From NCBI GenBank assembly GCA_963771275.1, contig CAVYSW010000003.1:1696001-1760000 (forward strand): DNA of 64,000 nt. Reading direction: 5' to 3'. Both the position numbers and the translations under genes were made by a program. This stretch comes from an uncultured Gemmatimonadales bacterium. GTDB taxonomy: Bacteria > Gemmatimonadota > Gemmatimonadetes > Gemmatimonadales > GWC2-71-9. The notes under the pieces are model-generated. The model searched no databases. It was not told where the DNA came from and was given only the letters and a program-made list of their open reading frames with translations. This document shows positions 60,200 to 64,000 of the stretch, one piece after another (the stretch's first letter is position 1; every line of letters starts with the position of its first letter).

Positions 60200-60366
60200 A
60201 GGTGCTGTTTCAGCCGCCGCCGCCCGAACAGTCGAGTGGCGAGGTAACCCCAGCGAGTGTGCGGTTTCTTTTCGGAGATGCTCCACACGACCGTCTCTCT
60301 CGTGGTGCATCCTTCAGCCTGTACGAGGGTCCAACGAAGGTGGCTGACGTAGAGGTGCTCGACTAG
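60200..60366 (+). pseudogene. C-terminal remnant of a small beta-barrel protein
   Basis: ASVRFLFGDAPHDRLSRGASFSLYEGPTKVADVEVLD* recalls EF-Tu domain-III-like hypotheticals; no start seen. Confidence 0.35.
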
Positions 60367-60395
60367 GGTGGGCCAGCAAGGGCGTTCCGAGGCTA

Positions 60396-60506
60396 TTACG
60401 ACGTCCGCCGCCGGTTAGCGACGAGGGCGTCGACGAACTTAAGCACGGCGCGCTGATCGGCTTGCGGCAGCGGCTCGATGCGCTGGAGCCGTTTGAGGAG
60501 CCTCAC
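60396..60506 (-). pseudogene. C-terminal remnant of an XRE-family regulator
   Basis: VRLLKRLQRIEPLPQADQRAVLKFVDALVANRRRTS*; the HTH part is absent. Confidence 0.45.
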
Positions 60507-60882
60507 CGTATTGGGTGAGCCTTTCTGTTTTTGCAGGGACAGGGATTCGTACGGCCCTGAGGGGGATGGGATAGGGGGGTGTGGACCCGCCCGTCCGGAC
60601 GTGTCCAGCGAGCCCCTAGGAAGTGCTCAGACGGCCGCGTACCAGTCCCGCCGCCTTGACCCACCTTCCCGATCGTCGTGCGATGCCAGCGAACGCCATG
60701 CGGTGGGTTCCCCGGTTGTTGGACAGTCAGGACTGCGAGTAAGCGAGTCGTCAGGGTCCGGAGTAAAGGACCTTCGTGCGAAGGCCCGGATTGTCTGGAG
60801 CCGCCAGCGCGGATCGCCCTGCCGGAACTGCCACTCTACAACGTCGGATACAGTGAGTCAGTCCGCCTGCGCACAGCGGGCT

Positions 60883-61812
60883 CTACCCCTCGACTTGTGG
60901 ACGTTGCTCGGCGCTCTCCCGCGCCAGCCGCGATCCGCCGAGCGGCCGGGTGCCCACCGCCAGCACGAGCCCCCCCAGGATCGCCACTCCACCCAGGATC
61001 GTGCGGAACGTGACCGGCTCGCCCAGCACCGCCGCCCCCAACAGCACCGCCATCAGCGTGCTCCAGAGCGGCATCAGCATCATCCGCGTCACCTGCATGC
61101 GGCGGATCAGCCAGTAGAGCAGCGTGAACGTGAGCGACGAGCCCACCAGCGCGAGGTAGCACAGCGCAAACACGGCGCGCCCGGTCCACGCGAACCCGAG
61201 CGGGTTCCCCTCCAGCGTGATCCCCACCATCAGCATGGGCACGAGCCCCACCACCATCTGCACCGCGGTCATCACCACGGGGTCGATGTGTACGCCCTCG
61301 CGCTTGATCAGCACGTCGGCGTACGCGGTGCCGAGCGCCGCGACCACGACTGCCGCACTGCCCGCCAGCGCCAGGGCGCCCCGCACCGACAGCTCGTGCG
61401 CGAAGATCACCACCACGCCGGCCAGGCCCAGCAGGGCCCCACCCAGCTTCCTCGCGGTGAGCGGCTCGTCCGCCAGCATGCCGTGCGCCAGCAGCATGCC
61501 GAAGATGGGGAACGTGGTGTAGAGGATGGCGGCGAGCCCGGAGGTGATGTGCGACTCGCCCCAGAACACCAGCGAGTAGTTGAGTGCGAACGTGAGGAGC
61601 CCGGTCACGATCATCAGCCGCCAGTCGCGCCACGCCCGGGGCAGCGGCACGCGGCGCACCACGATCCACAGCACCAGCGGGGCCGAGGCCACCACGAAGC
61701 GGATCCCCGCGAAGGTCAGGGGCGGCAGGTCCGCGAGCCCCACCTTGATGAACAGCCAGGTGGAGCCCCAGATGCTGGCGAGCAGCAGCCACACGAGGGC
61801 GGGAAGCGTCAC
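60883..61812 (-). CDS. EamA/DMT-family transporter
   Basis: IWGSTW, PPLTFAGIRF, about 10 TMs, YLALVGS, LGEP. Confidence 0.9.
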   Translation of the reverse strand: MTLPALVWLLLASIWGSTWLFIKVGLADLPPLTFAGIRFVVASAPLVLWIVVRRVPLPRAWRDWRLMIVTGLLTFALNYSLVFWGESHITSGLAAILYTTFPIFGMLLAHGMLADEPLTARKLGGALLGLAGVVVIFAHELSVRGALALAGSAAVVVAALGTAYADVLIKREGVHIDPVVMTAVQMVVGLVPMLMVGITLEGNPLGFAWTGRAVFALCYLALVGSSLTFTLLYWLIRRMQVTRMMLMPLWSTLMAVLLGAAVLGEPVTFRTILGGVAILGGLVLAVGTRPLGGSRLARESAEQRPQVEG

Positions 61813-61830
61813 GACGCGGATAATAACAAC

Positions 61831-61940
61831 CGTGCAACGTGCAGCGTACAGCGTGCAGCGTGTGAACGACCGTGTAGCATGTGGCGTGCAGCGGAACTGC
61901 CCTGGAATCGGCTGTCGGCCATCGGCTATCGGCTATCGGC
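61831..61940. repeat. Two heptamer arrays (CGTGCAG-like, then TATCGGC-like x5)
   Basis: cgtgcaa cgtgcag cgtacag cgtgcag ...; 61906-61940 aatcggc tgtcggc catcggc tatcggc tatcggc overlapping the SET gene stop. Confidence 0.75.
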
Positions 61941-62447
61941 CAACCGCTCGGCGTGCCGCCGCACGAACCAGTCGGCCAGGAGCGGGCGGTACTCGCGCTG
62001 GATTTCGGGCGGGAGCAGGAAGAAGTCCCCCACCGTGGTGCCGCGACACCGCGCCGCCCCGCAGTGGCAGGGCCAGGCGGTCCCGCCGGTGATGTTGACG
62101 TTGTAGTCGCAGGTGATCTCCTCGCCGGCACGGATGTCCCGCCGGGCCAGCAGGTAGCAGTGCCCCGGCCGGTAGGCCGCGTAGGCGTTGGGATTGCAGC
62201 TGTGGTTGAGGTGCCGGTCCGGAAAGCCGAACAGGACCACCTTGCCGTCGGGATAGTCGCAGTGATCCGCCCGCTCGCCCAGATCCTCCCGCAGGGGAGC
62301 CTCGGGCGTGATTTCCCGAATCACGTTGATCTCGCGGATGCGCCGGCCGGCGGCGAACGGGCGGAGCGCGAACAGGCCGAGGCCCTCGATCGGGGAAGCC
62401 CGGACCGCGACGTCGCCGAGCGGGACTTCGTCATGCGGGCCGGTCAT
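61926..62447 (-). CDS. SET-domain protein with post-SET cysteines
   Basis: GLGLFA, LNHSCNPN, GEEITCDY, CHCGAARCRG; start ATG 62447. Confidence 0.88.
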   Translation of the reverse strand: MTGPHDEVPLGDVAVRASPIEGLGLFALRPFAAGRRIREINVIREITPEAPLREDLGERADHCDYPDGKVVLFGFPDRHLNHSCNPNAYAAYRPGHCYLLARRDIRAGEEITCDYNVNITGGTAWPCHCGAARCRGTTVGDFFLLPPEIQREYRPLLADWFVRRHAERLADSR

Positions 62448-62654
62448 GCTGTAAAGAACGCGGGCCTTCCGGCGAATGCCAGGGGCGGGAACGCCGCGGC
62501 GCACCGTCGCCGGCAGCCAACGCCCGCGCGGATGACCGACGCTCCGTGGGGCTGGTAGCACCCCGCAGCGGCTATTACCCTTCGGCCGGCAGGCCGACCA
62601 AACGCGCGACCGGGAGGTGCGACGACCGGCGTCCCGACGGATCCAACGTCCTCG

Positions 62655-64000
62655 GTGGTGGCCCGGGCGCGCCGCGCCCAGGCACCCTGGGGCGCGCTCG
62701 GCGTCCGGGCGCGGGCCCGCCGCCTGCGCGACGTGCGGCGCGTGCTGGTCCGCCGGATGGACGACATCCTCGCCATGATCCGGGCCGAAACCGCCAAGCC
62801 CCCCGTCGAAGCCCTGCTCCAGGAGTGGCTGGTGGCGCTGGGCCTGGTGCGCTACTGCGAGCGCCGCGCCCCGCGCGTGCTCGGCCGCCGCCGGGTCGGC
62901 ACCGCGCCGCTGCTCACCAAGTACGCCTACAAGCAGTACGAGCCGCTCGGCGTGATCGCGGTGATCTCTCCCTGGAACTATCCGTTCATGCTGCCGGCGC
63001 TCCCCGCCGTGGGCGCGCTCGTCGCCGGCAACGCCGTCGTGCTCAAGCCGTCCGAGATCGCGCCGCGATCGGGCCGTCTGCTGGGCGCGCTGCTGCAGGA
63101 AGCGCTGGCCGAGTTCCCGGACCTGGTGCAGGTCGTCGAAGGGGACGGCGCGGTAGGCGCCGCCCTGGTGCGCGCGGGCGTGGACAAGGTCGCGTTCGTG
63201 GGGGGTGGGCTCACGGGCCGCAAGGTGCTCGCGGCCGCGGCCGAGTCGCTCACCCCGGTGGTGCTCGAGCTGGGCGGCAACGACGTCGCCATCGTGTGCG
63301 ACGACGCCGACGTCGCGCGCGCGGCGGCCGGGATCGTGTGGGGCGCGATGTCGAACGCCGGCCAGTGCTGCATCGGGATCGAGCGGGCGCTGGTGGCTGC
63401 GCCGGTGCACGAGGCGTTCGTCGCGGCGCTCCGCCGGGAGCTGGCCCGCCTGCGCCTCGGCACCGGCGACGACGCCGACATGAGCCGGCTGATCCACGCG
63501 CCGCAGCGCGCGATTCTCGACCGGCTGGTGGACGACGCGGTGGCGCGTGGCGCCCAGGTGGAGCGCTGGCCGGTGCCGCCGGGCCCGGACGGCGACCGGT
63601 TCTACCCGCCGACGCTGCTGGTGGGCGCCACGGCGGCCATGGAGGTCAATCGCTCGGAGGCGTTCGGCCCGCTGCTGTCGGTGATCACGGTGCGGTCGGA
63701 CGACGAGGCGGTGGCGCTCGCCAACGGCGGGCCGTACGGCCTGAGCCCTTCGATCTGGACGCGGAGCCGCGCCCGCGCCCGGCGGCTCGCCGCCCGGCTG
63801 GAGGCGGGCCTGATCACGGTGAACGACCACATGGTGGGTTTCGCCGTGCCGGGCCTGCCGTACGGCGGCGTCAAGGAGAGCGGGTTCGGGCGGCTGATGG
63901 GGGACGAGGGGCTGCTCGAGTTCGTGCGGGTCAAGTCCGTGGCGGGCGCCAGGCTCACGTTCCGGCGCGAGCCGCAGTGGTTCCCCTACCGGCCGCGCGA
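62655..64000 (+). CDS. Aldehyde dehydrogenase family protein (runs off the window)
   Basis: EPLGVIAVISPWNYPF, LKPSE, LELGGND, NAGQCC, EAFGP; start uncertain; missing from the ORF track because no stop falls in the window. Confidence 0.9.
   Translation, partial: MVARARRAQAPWGALGVRARARRLRDVRRVLVRRMDDILAMIRAETAKPPVEALLQEWLVALGLVRYCERRAPRVLGRRRVGTAPLLTKYAYKQYEPLGVIAVISPWNYPFMLPALPAVGALVAGNAVVLKPSEIAPRSGRLLGALLQEALAEFPDLVQVVEGDGAVGAALVRAGVDKVAFVGGGLTGRKVLAAAAESLTPVVLELGGNDVAIVCDDADVARAAAGIVWGAMSNAGQCCIGIERALVAAPVHEAFVAALRRELARLRLGTGDDADMSRLIHAPQRAILDRLVDDAVARGAQVERWPVPPGPDGDRFYPPTLLVGATAAMEVNRSEAFGPLLSVITVRSDDEAVALANGGPYGLSPSIWTRSRARARRLAARLEAGLITVNDHMVGFAVPGLPYGGVKESGFGRLMGDEGLLEFVRVKSVAGARLTFRREPQWFPYRPR

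Noticed and set aside
59821..60366. 181-aa ORF as a single protein
   Set aside because: Chimera of a frameshifted ParE N-terminus, out-of-frame sequence and an unrelated fragment.
61926..63830. 634-aa extension of the SET ORF
   Set aside because: The upstream part is antisense to the aldehyde dehydrogenase; the likely start is ATG 62447.

Overview
High-GC bacterial chromosomal window. The gene content and order suggest Gemmatimonadota or a similar diderm lineage (inference, not searched). 1-24 kb holds a near-complete type IVa pilus/competence region: comEA, pilB-pilT-pilC, pilS-pilR, two tandem major pilins, a second HK/sigma54-RR pair, pilV/W/X-like minor pilins and pilMNOPQ, followed by aroC-aroK. 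24-31 kb is the conserved topA-trmFO-xerC-hslV-hslU block. 31-40 kb is an accessory region. It starts with toxin-antitoxin cassettes, each followed by a displaced duplicate of the hslU 3' end. A visibly lower-GC minus-strand island follows, encoding three paralogous Sec-signal peptides with a shared six-cysteine scaffold, a membrane-anchored CxxC thioredoxin-fold protein, two beta-propeller lipoproteins and stand-alone AraC and LuxR HTH proteins. This island is the best candidate for an undescribed system. A catalytically degenerate IS630-like relic bounds it. 40-50 kb has argF, gcvT, a Mog/MoaB protein, a sigma54 activator, a frameshifted family-5 UDG, a Zn-ADH and a GldAFG-like ABC system. 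50-58 kb is a c-di-GMP module: an [FeFe]-hydrogenase-like FeS sensor fused to GGDEF, a conserved hypothetical, an unannotated 26-aa signal-peptide-like micropeptide, a membrane HD-GYP protein and a SARP/STAND regulator. 58-64 kb has a DUF4384-like protein, a second TA/remnant patch bounded by a duplicated EamA 3' end, EamA, a SET-domain protein and a truncated aldehyde dehydrogenase. Heptamer tandem-repeat arrays, often as inverted arm pairs, occur in six intergenic spots. No rRNA, tRNA or CRISPR array was seen. Several single-base frameshifts could be assembly errors. All family calls come from motif recognition by eye; no database search was run.
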